A stretch of DNA of 60,583 nt from a virus (IMGVR_UViG_3300030451_001154:1-60583); one strand, 5' to 3'. Shown: positions 48,474-58,099, counted from the first letter of the stretch. The notes: generated from the sequence alone by a model not told the origin. Program-made: numbers and translations.

Positions 48474-48879
48474 ATATGTATTAAAGCAAAGACAAGCAAA
48501 AGAAAAAGCAGAAAAAGAAGCAAAAGATAAATCCCTAACAGATAGATTACCCGCACCCACTGGATGGCGTATATTAGTTATGCCTTACATGGGTAAAGAA
48601 AAAACTGAAGGTGGTGTGTATGTTCCAGATCCAGCTAGGGAAAGAGAAGCAAGAGCAACAGTTGTAGCTTATGTTGTAAAAGTTGGGCCTCTTGCATATA
48701 AAGATTTAGACAAATTTGGAGAAGGGGGACCTTGGTGTAAAGAAGGCGACTGGGTATGTATTGGTCGTTACGCTGGGTCAAGATTCCAAATAGAGGGTGG
48801 AGAGGTGCGTATTATCAATGACGATGAAGTCATTGCAACCATTGTCGATCCCGACGACATCAAAACATACGGAGTATAG
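48454..48879 (+). CDS. groES: Co-chaperonin GroES
   Basis: PTGWRILV, KTEGG, VGP, GDWV, YAG, NDDEVIA. Confidence 0.9.
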   Translation: MTLIVPEYVLKQRQAKEKAEKEAKDKSLTDRLPAPTGWRILVMPYMGKEKTEGGVYVPDPAREREARATVVAYVVKVGPLAYKDLDKFGEGGPWCKEGDWVCIGRYAGSRFQIEGGEVRIINDDEVIATIVDPDDIKTYGV

Positions 48880-48880
48880 T

Positions 48881-49744
48881 ATGCAAGATGCAGAAACAAA
48901 AGAAGAAGAACAAGAACAAGAGGTCGTAGTTGAAGAAGAAAAGACAGAAGATGTTGATGAAACTCAAGAAGTTGATGCAGCTGATGAAGACTTGTCTGAG
49001 TATTCGGAATCTGTTAAGAAACGGATTAGTAAACTTACCAATCGTTTTAGAGAAGAAGAAAGACAAAAGCAATCTGCTCTAGAATTTGCTGAGTCTGTTA
49101 AAAAACAAAATGATGATCTTAAAGCAAGACTAGATAAATTAGACACTAATTATGTAGGTGAGGTTGACAACAGAGTAACTGCTCAAGCTCAAGCTGCAAA
49201 AGAAGCATATAAAAAAGCACTCGAAACTGGAGATGCAGATGCTTTATATGAAGCACAATCAAACATATCTAGAATTGCAATGGAAGAGGCTAGATTAAAA
49301 GATCTAAAAGCTAGGCAAGAAGAGAAGAAAGCAACAGAAATAAATGGTGCTACACCTCCTCCTCAACAAACGCCACCCCCTCCTCCACAAAAACCAGACC
49401 CAAGAGCCGAGCAATGGGCTCAAGAAAATGAGTGGTTTGGCAAGGATCAAACCATGACATATGCTGCTTTTGGTGTACATAAGCAATTAATTGAGTCAGA
49501 GGGGTTTGACCCAAACACAGAAGAGTATTATACTGAACTTGATAATAGGATTAAATCAGAGTTTCCGCATAAGTTTAAGGAAATGAAGAAATCCTCTGGC
49601 CCCAGAGTCGTCTCTGCTGGAGCCACCGCTTCAAAAACGGTATCGAAGGGACGCAGAACAGTCAAATTGACTCCATCGCAAATAGCGATAGCTAAGAAAT
49701 TGGGTGTTCCGTTAGAAGAATATGCAAAGCATGTGAAGGAGTAG
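48881..49744 (+). CDS. Capsid scaffolding protein
   Basis: Acidic N-terminus, coiled coil, W...N.WFG, LT..Q..IA..LGV..EEYA end. Confidence 0.7.
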   Translation: MQDAETKEEEQEQEVVVEEEKTEDVDETQEVDAADEDLSEYSESVKKRISKLTNRFREEERQKQSALEFAESVKKQNDDLKARLDKLDTNYVGEVDNRVTAQAQAAKEAYKKALETGDADALYEAQSNISRIAMEEARLKDLKARQEEKKATEINGATPPPQQTPPPPPQKPDPRAEQWAQENEWFGKDQTMTYAAFGVHKQLIESEGFDPNTEEYYTELDNRIKSEFPHKFKEMKKSSGPRVVSAGATASKTVSKGRRTVKLTPSQIAIAKKLGVPLEEYAKHVKE

Positions 49745-49747
49745 ACG

Positions 49748-50212
49748 ATGGCTATAGATAGAACAACACGAGAAAACAAAAGTCGTGCAAATAACACAAG
49801 GAGACAACCTTGGCAACCTCCAGCTAAGTTGGATGCACCTCCAGCTCCAGATGGATTTGAACATAGATGGATCAGAACAACCATTCGTGGTGAAGATGAT
49901 AAATCAAATGTTTTTTCTAGAATGAGAGAAGGATGGGAACCAGTTAGGGCAGACGAATACGGCCCAGAAGCTGACAAGTATCCAGTTATAGAAGAGGGTA
50001 AAAACAAAGGAATTATTGGTGTCGGTGGTTTAATGTTGGCACGAATACCCACAGAAACGGTCAAAGAGAGAACTGAATATTTTCGGGATCAGACCCGCAA
50101 CCAACTAAAAGCCGTGGATGAAAACTTGATGAGGGAGCAACATCCCTCGATGCCTATCAGCGTAGATAGGCAAAGTCGTGTAACTTTCGGAGGGAAAAAA
50201 TCTTCCGATTAA
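49748..50212 (+). CDS. Conserved head-module protein
   Basis: RWIR...EGWEPV motif between scaffold and capsid. Confidence 0.7.
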   Translation: MAIDRTTRENKSRANNTRRQPWQPPAKLDAPPAPDGFEHRWIRTTIRGEDDKSNVFSRMREGWEPVRADEYGPEADKYPVIEEGKNKGIIGVGGLMLARIPTETVKERTEYFRDQTRNQLKAVDENLMREQHPSMPISVDRQSRVTFGGKKSSD

Positions 50213-50229
50213 TTATGAAGGAGCAATAA

Positions 50230-50850
50230 ATGGCTAATATAAACGTAGCTTTTGGATTTAAGCCAGTTGGAAAACATGGCTCAAGTCCAGCGACTCAAGG
50301 TACGAGTCAATACTTTATTGCTAGTGACGCTTCCGCGATCTTTCAAGGTTCACCTGTAAAAGCTGAATTAACTGGTGGAACTATTCAGATCGGATCTGCA
50401 ACTGGTAACGGAGACCAATTAGTTGGTGTCTTTGCTGGATGTGAGTATGTGGATGCAACCACTGGCAAGTTAAAGTTTAGTAATACTTGGCCCGGTTCAG
50501 GATCAGCTAATACTAACTTTGACATCAAAGGGTTTGTGTATGATGACCCATCACAGAGATTTATCATCGCAAGTGATGGAACAAACACTGACAGAGCAAC
50601 TGCAAAAGCAGATATCTTCAAGACTGCTGATATAGCAAGTGGAGCAAGTGGTAATACTACAACAGGTATTTCTTCTGCTGTACTAGATATATCAACTGCT
50701 GAGGATACAGATACATCAAATGTGGTTATGATTTTAGGTATCCACGAAGATGTAACTAATGCTGACCACAGTGCCGCTGGTGTTTCATACATAGTTAAAA
50801 TTAACAACCATGCGTTAAATTCTTCGGATGCTGACGCTACTGCATCTTAA
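50230..50850 (+). CDS. Capsid decoration/auxiliary protein
   Basis: FG..P...GVF.GC.Y...DDP; directly upstream of MCP. Confidence 0.6.
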   Translation: MANINVAFGFKPVGKHGSSPATQGTSQYFIASDASAIFQGSPVKAELTGGTIQIGSATGNGDQLVGVFAGCEYVDATTGKLKFSNTWPGSGSANTNFDIKGFVYDDPSQRFIIASDGTNTDRATAKADIFKTADIASGASGNTTTGISSAVLDISTAEDTDTSNVVMILGIHEDVTNADHSAAGVSYIVKINNHALNSSDADATAS

Positions 50851-50862
50851 GGAGGGTGTAAT

Positions 50863-51774
50863 ATGGCTATTTCAAGAGCACAACTCGCCAAAGAATTAGA
50901 GCCTGGCTTAAACGCCCTCTTTGGTATGGAGTATAATAGGTATGAAGGACAACATGCTGAAATCTACGATACTGAGTCATCAGACAGAGCATTCGAAGAA
51001 GAAGTAATGTTGAGTGGTTTCGGAGCAGCACCTACTAAGCAAGAAGGTTCTGGTGTCACATTTGATGATGCAAACGAAGCTTACACTTCAAGATATAACC
51101 ATGAGACTGTAGCAATGGCTTTCTCAATAACAGAAGAAGCTGTAGAGGATAACCTTTACGACAAGCTTTCTGCTCGTTATACAAGAGCACTTGCAAGGTC
51201 AATGGCACACACAAAGCAAGTAAAAGCTGCAAACGTATTAAATAATGCGTTTACCGCTGGAGCAACTGCTGGTGGTGATGGCAAGGCATTATTAGCAACA
51301 GATCACCCATTAACAAATGGTGGAACTTTTGCTAACGAGCCAACAACTGCAGCAGACTTAAATGAAACATCTTTAGAAGATGCTTTAATTAAGATTGCAG
51401 GCTTTGTAGATGAAAGAGGATTAATTATCGCTCTAAGAGGAATGAAACTAATCATTCCAAGACAACTACAGTTTGTCGCAGAGAGATTGTTAAACTCTAA
51501 CTTAAGACCTGGAACAGCAGATAATGATGCAAATGCAATGAGAAACATGGGAATGTTACCTCAAGGCTATGTCATCAACGATTATCTAACTGATACAGAC
51601 GCATTTTTCATTAAGACAGATGCACCAAATGGTCTTAAGCATTTCGAAAGAATGCCAATGGCAACAGCTATGGATCCAGATTTTGACACTGGGAACATGA
51701 GATATAAAGCAAGAGAGAGATACTCTTTTGGTTTCTCAGATCCTCGTTCACTATTCGGTTCACCTGGAGCTTAA
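50863..51774 (+). CDS. Major capsid protein
   Basis: MAISRAQLAKELEPGLNALFG...ARERYSFG.SD.R...GSPGA family. Confidence 0.92.
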   Translation: MAISRAQLAKELEPGLNALFGMEYNRYEGQHAEIYDTESSDRAFEEEVMLSGFGAAPTKQEGSGVTFDDANEAYTSRYNHETVAMAFSITEEAVEDNLYDKLSARYTRALARSMAHTKQVKAANVLNNAFTAGATAGGDGKALLATDHPLTNGGTFANEPTTAADLNETSLEDALIKIAGFVDERGLIIALRGMKLIIPRQLQFVAERLLNSNLRPGTADNDANAMRNMGMLPQGYVINDYLTDTDAFFIKTDAPNGLKHFERMPMATAMDPDFDTGNMRYKARERYSFGFSDPRSLFGSPGA

Positions 51775-51795
51775 TCAAAAATACTTATATTTTTG

Positions 51796-51824
51796 GGGTG
51801 ACTCTTTGCAGTCACCCTTTTTTT
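51796..51824 (+). terminator. Intrinsic terminator after MCP
   Basis: GGGTGACT-CTTTGC-AGTCACCC-T7. Confidence 0.85.
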
Positions 51825-51883
51825 ATGTATAATAAAGAAAACCTTGACGAAGAATTAACTTCGACATTTGCCAAGACAAGGAG
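51806..51883 (+). promoter_or_regulatory. Promoter overlapping terminator plus SD-sequestering leader
   Basis: TTGCAG-N16-TATAAT with TG; CCTTG(51842) pairs CAAGG(51877). Confidence 0.55.
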
Positions 51884-51889
51884 TATGAC

Positions 51890-52396
51890 ATGGCTAATAC
51901 AACATTCTCGGGTCCAGTTAGATCCGAAAGCACAGTTAAAACAATCAGTAAAAATGCAACTACTGGAACAATAACAGAGGTAGTAACCTTTGGTGATGGT
52001 CCAATAAGTTTATCTGATGGTAATCAAACTTTAGATAATGCTACTCATAGTGGTAGAATCTTACTTGTACCAGATGGATCACAAGACAACACATATACAC
52101 TACCAGCACCTATAGCTGGATCTATGTTTAGATTTGTGTATGCTGGAGGAGCCGCAGATGCAACAGATGCTCTTATCATCACACCTGGAAACTCAAACTT
52201 TTATATTGGTGGAATTACACACTTAGATACAAACGCAGATAATGTAACTGTATTTTCAAACGGTAGTTCAAACAGTAGCGTACAATTAAATGTGCCACAA
52301 GCATTTGATATTACGATTGTAGGAAAAGACACAACAAATTATCAAATTTTTGGTACTGTTACATCAACAACAGTTCCAGCTTTTGCTGACCAATAA
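51890..52396 (+). CDS. Virion structural protein
   Basis: MANTTFSGPVRS N-terminus; TLPA motif. Confidence 0.65.
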   Translation: MANTTFSGPVRSESTVKTISKNATTGTITEVVTFGDGPISLSDGNQTLDNATHSGRILLVPDGSQDNTYTLPAPIAGSMFRFVYAGGAADATDALIITPGNSNFYIGGITHLDTNADNVTVFSNGSSNSSVQLNVPQAFDITIVGKDTTNYQIFGTVTSTTVPAFADQ

Positions 52397-52408
52397 TAGG
52401 AGATATAA

Positions 52409-52696
52409 ATGGCTGGAACAAGATCTGACGTAAAAGCCTTTAATGTAAACCAAGGAGATTCTGCCGCCGTGGTAGGACCTGCAAGGTCAAGGATAAGACA
52501 GATAGTAGTGTTTGGAAATGCAGCTGGTGCTCTTACCATAACAGATGGTAATGGTGGATCTACATTGATAGCACAAAGTTTTCCAACTGGATTGCACACT
52601 CTTAATATTCCAGATAATGGTATATTAGCAGAGAGTGGTGCATATTTATCTGCCTTTACTGGCAGTGGTAACAAACTGACTATATTTTTATCGTAA
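52409..52696 (+). CDS. Small structural protein
   Basis: Beta-rich, IPDNGI motif. Confidence 0.6.
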   Translation: MAGTRSDVKAFNVNQGDSAAVVGPARSRIRQIVVFGNAAGALTITDGNGGSTLIAQSFPTGLHTLNIPDNGILAESGAYLSAFTGSGNKLTIFLS

Positions 52697-52980
52697 TGGC
52701 TAGAAAACCAGACAAGCAACCTCCTAAAACCAAAAAGTATTTTCGTTCTACTAAATCTGGAGCGGGGATGACTAAGGCGGGGGTTGCTCGTTATAGAAGA
52801 GATAATCCGGGCAGTAAATTAAAAACTGCTGTTACTGGTAAAGTTAAAGCTGGAAGTAAAGCTGCAAAAAGAAGAAAGTCATTCTGTGCCAGAAGTGCAG
52901 GACAAATGAAAAAATTTCCTAAAGCAGCTAAAAATCCAAATAGTCGATTAAGACAAGCAAGAAGAAGATGGAAGTGTTAA
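52696..52980 (+). CDS. Basic protein (DUF6321-like)
   Basis: NPGSKLK...RRKSFCARS...RRRWKC. Confidence 0.7.
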   Translation: MARKPDKQPPKTKKYFRSTKSGAGMTKAGVARYRRDNPGSKLKTAVTGKVKAGSKAAKRRKSFCARSAGQMKKFPKAAKNPNSRLRQARRRWKC

Positions 52981-53189
52981 TGAAAGCAAAACCAATACCA
53001 AGACCAAAGATGAAAGATTTAACAGAGAATCAACAAAAGCGTTTGTTGAGAACTTACATATCTAACATGTCTCCAAAAGAAAGAACGACTTTCTTAAACA
53101 AGGCAATAAAAAAAGTATATCCTAAAAGTTTTCCACAAAAACCAAAGGATCAAAGGTTTAAAAAAAGAGGTGGTAGTGTTAAAGCCTAA
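52980..53189 (+). CDS. Small basic protein
   Basis: TAATG coupling; KKRGG C-terminus. Confidence 0.6.
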   Translation: MKAKPIPRPKMKDLTENQQKRLLRTYISNMSPKERTTFLNKAIKKVYPKSFPQKPKDQRFKKRGGSVKA

Positions 53190-53412
53190 AGAGATAATGA
53201 ACGGTGTTTCAGTTGTCCTTGTAGCAGGATCAATTGCTTGGATGGTCACAACTCTTATTGAAGTTGATAAAAGAACTGCTGTCACGATGGTTAAGGTTGA
53301 AGAAAATCACAAAATGCTACATACTCTATGGATAGATTTTATTAATAGGAAGACAATAGATGGCAATCTCGCGGGGTTCAATGCCTCAACAAATAACAAA
53401 GTCACCAGGTAA
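53170..53412 (+). CDS. Small membrane protein
   Basis: One TM helix then coil. Confidence 0.55.
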   Translation: MVVLKPKEIMNGVSVVLVAGSIAWMVTTLIEVDKRTAVTMVKVEENHKMLHTLWIDFINRKTIDGNLAGFNASTNNKVTR

Positions 53413-53521
53413 GAGGAAGTGGAGTGCTAAGAGGAAGAGGAAAATCAATTGTGCCAGACCTCGTGGATTTTCTGAAAAAGCACATTGTGCCTCTAAAAAA
53501 AGGCGAGGTAGTAAGAGGTGA
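53360..53521 (+). CDS. 53-aa basic protein (not in ORF track)
   Basis: MAISRGSMPQQITKSPG...INCARPRGFSEKAHC. Confidence 0.65.
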   Translation: MAISRGSMPQQITKSPGKRKWSAKRKRKINCARPRGFSEKAHCASKKRRGSKR

Positions 53522-53598
53522 ACCTCAAAAGGTTTGCATAAAGTGTAAAAAACGCCAGTGGATGTGTACCTGCTGGAAGATAATGAAAGGAAGATATT

Positions 53599-53907
53599 AT
53601 GCCTAAAGACGCATGTTACCATAAGGTGAAAGCCAGATATAAGGTTTTCCCATCAGCGTATGCTTCAGGAGCTATTGCTAAATGTAGAAAAGTTGGGGCC
53701 GCAAACTATGGCACTGGTGGTAAAAAGAAAAAGAAAGCAATGGGTGGTGGATTAAACGCAGCCATTGAAAAAGTAAAAAAAGAAACAATGACTGCCAAAG
53801 AGGGCAAAGTTGTTAGAATGACAAAAAGAAAATCTAAGAATAAAAACATAGCCAGAGGTTGTGGTAAGATTATGTCAAACAGACGTAAGGTCACAAAGTA
53901 TTCCTAA
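53599..53907 (+). CDS. Small basic protein
   Basis: DACY.KVK..YKVFPSAYAS; ARGCG. Confidence 0.7.
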   Translation: MPKDACYHKVKARYKVFPSAYASGAIAKCRKVGAANYGTGGKKKKKAMGGGLNAAIEKVKKETMTAKEGKVVRMTKRKSKNKNIARGCGKIMSNRRKVTKYS

Positions 53908-54188
53908 TGGCTGTAAGAAAAACAAAAAAAGGATTAGCTTTAAAACGATGGTTCAAGGAGGACTGGAGAGATGTTAAAACGGGTAAAAAATGTGGTCGTC
54001 AAAAAGGTGAGAAGAGGGGTACGCCGTATTGTCGCCCAAGTAAAAGGATTAGTTCAAAAACTCCGAAGACTACTAAGGAGATGACTTCTACTGAAAAGCG
54101 TAGTAGAATAAGTCAAAAGAATCGGTTGGGTCAACCTGCTGGTAAACCAAGAAGAGTACAAGCATTAAGAAGAAAAAGGAGTAAGTGA
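53907..54188 (+). CDS. Basic protein (DUF5872-like)
   Basis: LKRWFKEDW.D...CG...PYCRP. Confidence 0.7.
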   Translation: MAVRKTKKGLALKRWFKEDWRDVKTGKKCGRQKGEKRGTPYCRPSKRISSKTPKTTKEMTSTEKRSRISQKNRLGQPAGKPRRVQALRRKRSK

Positions 54189-54403
54189 TGCCTGGTAAAA
54201 AAAGAGATCTTAAAAAGATAAAAAAAATAACTTTAGATAAAGCAAAACCCTCTGCTAAAACTGGCAAAGGCATGATGAAGTCAGGAAGAATTAAGGGTAA
54301 AATGATGGGTGGCACAATGAAAAAGCCAGTCATGGCAGCTAAAGGTAAAATGAATGCTGGTCTTAAAGCTTTTTTAGAAAAGAAAAAGAAAAAGAAAAAG
54401 TAA
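54185..54403 (+). CDS. Lys/Met-rich basic protein
   Basis: MMGG motif, poly-Lys tail. Confidence 0.6.
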   Translation: MMPGKKRDLKKIKKITLDKAKPSAKTGKGMMKSGRIKGKMMGGTMKKPVMAAKGKMNAGLKAFLEKKKKKKK

Positions 54404-55069
54404 ATGACAACTTCAAACTCAAGAGATTTTAACTTAGATGTAGCCGAACTTATTGAAGAATCATACGAAAGATGTGGTTTGGAAATGAGAACTGGTTACG
54501 ATGCTAGAACTGCAAGACGTTCTTTAAATCTTATGTTTGCTGATTGGGCGAACAGAGGATTAAATTTATGGACTGTAACACAAGAAACAAAAGCAGTAAC
54601 CTCTGGTACGGCTACCTATACTTTATCTAGTGAGTTTGTTGATTTATTAGAAGTTGTTTTAAGAAATAGTTCTGGTACAGATTTTACACTTACACAAATG
54701 AGCCGTGGTGAATATTTAAGAATACCGAACAAAGATAATAGTGGACAACCAAGTCAATATTTTTTTGATAGACAAACCACTCCTACAATCACATTGTGGT
54801 CAACACCAGATACTTCTTACACATTGGTTTATTACTATGTAAGAAGAATACAAGATGCAGATAGTTTGGTTAACACAACAGACGCACCATTTAGATTTTT
54901 ACCGTGCATGGCTGCTGGACTTGCCTATTATATATCTATGAAAAAAGCACCAGAAAGAATACAAATATTAAAAAGTGTCTATGAAGAAGAGTTTCAAAGA
55001 GCCATGTCAGAAGATGCCAATAGCACACCTTTAAAACTAACACCGAATATATCATACTTGAGGTACTAA
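54404..55069 (+). CDS. Head-tail adaptor / tail tubular A-like protein
   Basis: E.YERCG...ARRSLN..FADW.NRG; GLAYY. Confidence 0.7.
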   Translation: MTTSNSRDFNLDVAELIEESYERCGLEMRTGYDARTARRSLNLMFADWANRGLNLWTVTQETKAVTSGTATYTLSSEFVDLLEVVLRNSSGTDFTLTQMSRGEYLRIPNKDNSGQPSQYFFDRQTTPTITLWSTPDTSYTLVYYYVRRIQDADSLVNTTDAPFRFLPCMAAGLAYYISMKKAPERIQILKSVYEEEFQRAMSEDANSTPLKLTPNISYLRY

Positions 55070-55386
55070 TGGCTAGGTACGCAAGTGGCAAGAAAGCATG
55101 GGGTTATTCAGACCGATCTGGATTTCGTTATCGCCTTCGTGACATGAGAAAAGAATGGAATGGTTTAAAAGTTGGCCCAGATGAGTATGAAGCTAAACAT
55201 CCACAGTTAGAACCAAATTACCCTGGCCCAGATCCAACTGCACTGTATGAACCGAGACCAAACCAAGATACTGACTTAACTTCATTTGTGGTATACACAA
55301 ATGCTGGAGATGGTATAATAGGTAAAAAATTAACAAGTTTTGAGGCTACAACTAGCCTTGGAGAAGTGACAGTGAGTACATCATGA
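55069..55386 (+). CDS. Conserved head-tail module protein
   Basis: SDRSGFRY...EWNG..V...E.KHPQ. Confidence 0.7.
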   Translation: MARYASGKKAWGYSDRSGFRYRLRDMRKEWNGLKVGPDEYEAKHPQLEPNYPGPDPTALYEPRPNQDTDLTSFVVYTNAGDGIIGKKLTSFEATTSLGEVTVSTS

Positions 55387-56030
55387 GTTTTACATTAACT
55401 ACATTAAAACAATCTATTCAAGATTGGACAGAAAACACTGAATCAACTTTTGTAGCAGAGTTAGATTTTATTATACAGAATGCAGAAGAAAGAATATTTA
55501 AGTCTGTAGATTTAGATTATTTTAGAAAAAATGTTACTGGTTCTATGACAAGTGGCAATAAATTTTTACAAAAGCCTTCTGATTACTTAGCTGCACACTC
55601 TTTATCTTATGTTAACACTAGCAGTGAAAATGTTTTTTTATTACAAAAAGACGTAAACTTTATTCAAGAATACACTGCTAATCCTGCTACAACTGGAGAA
55701 CCAATTTACTATGCACAATTTGATGTAGACAATTTTATTGTTGCTCCAACACCAAATGCAGACTTGGCAGTAGAGTTACACTATTATTATAGACCAGCTT
55801 CACTTACGACAATCGATTCAGAGACTACATGGATTAGCACAAACGCACCAGATGCACTTTTATATGCTTGTCTCGTAGAAGCATACACTTTTATGAAAGG
55901 TGAAAATGACTTGATTCAGTTATATAACTCGCGGTATACAGAAGCATTGAGTCGTTTAAAGGTTTATGCAGAAGGCAGAAATTACTCAGACTCTTATAGG
56001 GACGGACAGGTAAGACAAGCGAAGAGTTAA
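55383..56030 (+). CDS. Head-tail adaptor-like protein
   Basis: I..AE.RI, APTP, PDALLY..L.EA. Confidence 0.7.
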   Translation: MSFTLTTLKQSIQDWTENTESTFVAELDFIIQNAEERIFKSVDLDYFRKNVTGSMTSGNKFLQKPSDYLAAHSLSYVNTSSENVFLLQKDVNFIQEYTANPATTGEPIYYAQFDVDNFIVAPTPNADLAVELHYYYRPASLTTIDSETTWISTNAPDALLYACLVEAYTFMKGENDLIQLYNSRYTEALSRLKVYAEGRNYSDSYRDGQVRQAKS

Positions 56031-56749
56031 TGAAAGATAAAAGTGTTGCTATTGTTGCACTAGGCAATAGTTTTAACGAATATATACTAGCAAAAATTAG
56101 AAGTGAAAAGTTTGATGAAGTTTGGACTATAAACGCTATGTCTTCAGCAATTTATCATGACAAGTGTTTTATGATGGATCCTCCCTCTAGATTTCTTGAT
56201 ACTCCAAATGCTGGAAAACAAACAAATGCAATGGCAGATAGACTACAAGCTAAACTTGGAATCCCTATTTTTTCTTGTTGTTTAGATGAAAGATGTCCAG
56301 ATGTTGTCGAATATCCTTTACAAAAAGTGATTCAAAAAACTGGTTATGCTTATTTAAACAATACTGTAGCGTATGCTTTTGCATATGCCGTGGCACAAGA
56401 AGTTTCAGATATGCACTTGTATGGAATTGATTTCACTCACAAAGCTGTTAATTTTGCAGAGGCAGGCAGAGCTTGTTGTGAGTTCTGGTTGGCGATTGCA
56501 GCAACAAAAGGAATAAAATTACACATTGCACATAGTTCTTCTTTGCTTGATATGAATGTACCAGATGATCAAAAGCTATATGGCTATCATAGACTAGATG
56601 ATCCTTTAATATCAACCACAACTCAAGGTGAGATGTTAATAACAAGAAAATCTAAACTAGAACCTCCAGAGCCATTAGATGCAAAACCTAATATAATTGG
56701 TAGAGAGGACATACCTGGAGTCACATATGATGATATGGAAAAAAAGTAA
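56030..56749 (+). CDS. Glycosyltransferase-like (GT42/Maf-type Rossmann) protein
   Basis: VAIVALG.S, WTIN, NTVAYA, LYGIDF. Confidence 0.5.
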   Translation: MKDKSVAIVALGNSFNEYILAKIRSEKFDEVWTINAMSSAIYHDKCFMMDPPSRFLDTPNAGKQTNAMADRLQAKLGIPIFSCCLDERCPDVVEYPLQKVIQKTGYAYLNNTVAYAFAYAVAQEVSDMHLYGIDFTHKAVNFAEAGRACCEFWLAIAATKGIKLHIAHSSSLLDMNVPDDQKLYGYHRLDDPLISTTTQGEMLITRKSKLEPPEPLDAKPNIIGREDIPGVTYDDMEKK

Positions 56750-57449
56750 AGAAGTAGTTCTCGATTGTTTTACTGTTGAAGATAGTGTTGCACAACATTT
56801 TCCAATAAGAGAAACAACCTTTTTTAAATCAAAAGCAATAAAAGATATTCCTAAACAAAACATTGAGTCAAAACTAACTCGGCTAGAACATCCTCAATAT
56901 TGTAATGGGTTTCAAGATTTGATGAAATATGGTTTTATAATGCCTTGGTGGACTGAAACATACATAGAAGGTGATCTTGTTAATGGTGAATTTAAACTTA
57001 AATTTGATTCTCATATAAAAAGTCATCAAACACATTTATTCCAATATGGTTTAAATTCAGAAGATTATGCACGATATCAAGAAAAAACTGATTCTGTAGT
57101 TGTAAGGATGACAAGTCCTTGGAAGATAAAAGCTAATGACAAAATGTTATTTCTTCAAACCAATACTTGGGTATACAATATGAAAAATACTTTTATGCCT
57201 TTAAATGGTTTATTAGACTTTTGGTGGAATCATAATGCAAATGTAGTTGTTGCAATAACTAAACAAAATAATCTTCGATATCATTTTAATCCTGGAGAAC
57301 CATTGTTACAATATATACCCACAGAAAAAATAAATTTAAAAATTAAAATTCATGTTATAGATGATATAGAACATTTTAAATTAGATGCACCATTTACTTT
57401 TTTTCAAAACAGACTTAACAAATTAAGAAAGTGGAGTTTAAAAAGATGA
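56727..57449 (+). CDS. Hypothetical protein (DUF6065-like)
   Basis: C.G..D....GF..P.W, SPW, GEPL.Q.IP. Confidence 0.55.
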   Translation: MMIWKKSKEVVLDCFTVEDSVAQHFPIRETTFFKSKAIKDIPKQNIESKLTRLEHPQYCNGFQDLMKYGFIMPWWTETYIEGDLVNGEFKLKFDSHIKSHQTHLFQYGLNSEDYARYQEKTDSVVVRMTSPWKIKANDKMLFLQTNTWVYNMKNTFMPLNGLLDFWWNHNANVVVAITKQNNLRYHFNPGEPLLQYIPTEKINLKIKIHVIDDIEHFKLDAPFTFFQNRLNKLRKWSLKR

Positions 57450-58099
57450 AGTTTGAAAACTTTATATTATCAATACCAAATTTTATGCCTAATGATGCTT
57501 GTGACGATATCGTTAAAGCATTTAAGATAACAGACTTAGATCCAATAAAAGGTTGGAAAGAGAACAATAATCAAACAGATAGAAAAGATATTTCTTTATC
57601 AGGAAGAGAAGTTTTAAGAGATTTGAAAGCTACCGATGAAAACGGACAACCTTTGAATGCGGTATCTTTATTTAGAGAAACTTTAAATATTGGCTTATCA
57701 CATTACTTAGACAATGTTGATATGTTGAAAGAAAAAATAGAACACCAAATAGGTTATTTTAATACAGATACTTACAAATGGCAAAAAACTCTCGTGGGTG
57801 GAGGATATCATAAATGGCATTATGAAAATACTCTTGAAAAAAGAAGAGAGCTTGTATGGACTTTATATTTAAATGACGTAGAAGAAGGAGGAGAAACTGA
57901 GTTTTTATATCAACACACGAGAATAAAACCAGAAAAAGGATTGTTTACTATTTTTCCTGCAAACTGGACGCACACACATAGAGGCAATCCTCCTATATCT
58001 AATGAAAAATATATAGGGACTGGATGGTATACATTTCATTACGATGAATTGAGTATGTTCAATAGAGGAATAGAATATAACACATTAACATTAGGATAA
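57446..58099 (+). CDS. 2OG-Fe(II) oxygenase
   Basis: GGYHKWHYE...YLNDVEEGGETEF...FPA.WTHTHRGNPP...KYI.TGW. Confidence 0.92.
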   Translation: MKFENFILSIPNFMPNDACDDIVKAFKITDLDPIKGWKENNNQTDRKDISLSGREVLRDLKATDENGQPLNAVSLFRETLNIGLSHYLDNVDMLKEKIEHQIGYFNTDTYKWQKTLVGGGYHKWHYENTLEKRRELVWTLYLNDVEEGGETEFLYQHTRIKPEKGLFTIFPANWTHTHRGNPPISNEKYIGTGWYTFHYDELSMFNRGIEYNTLTLG

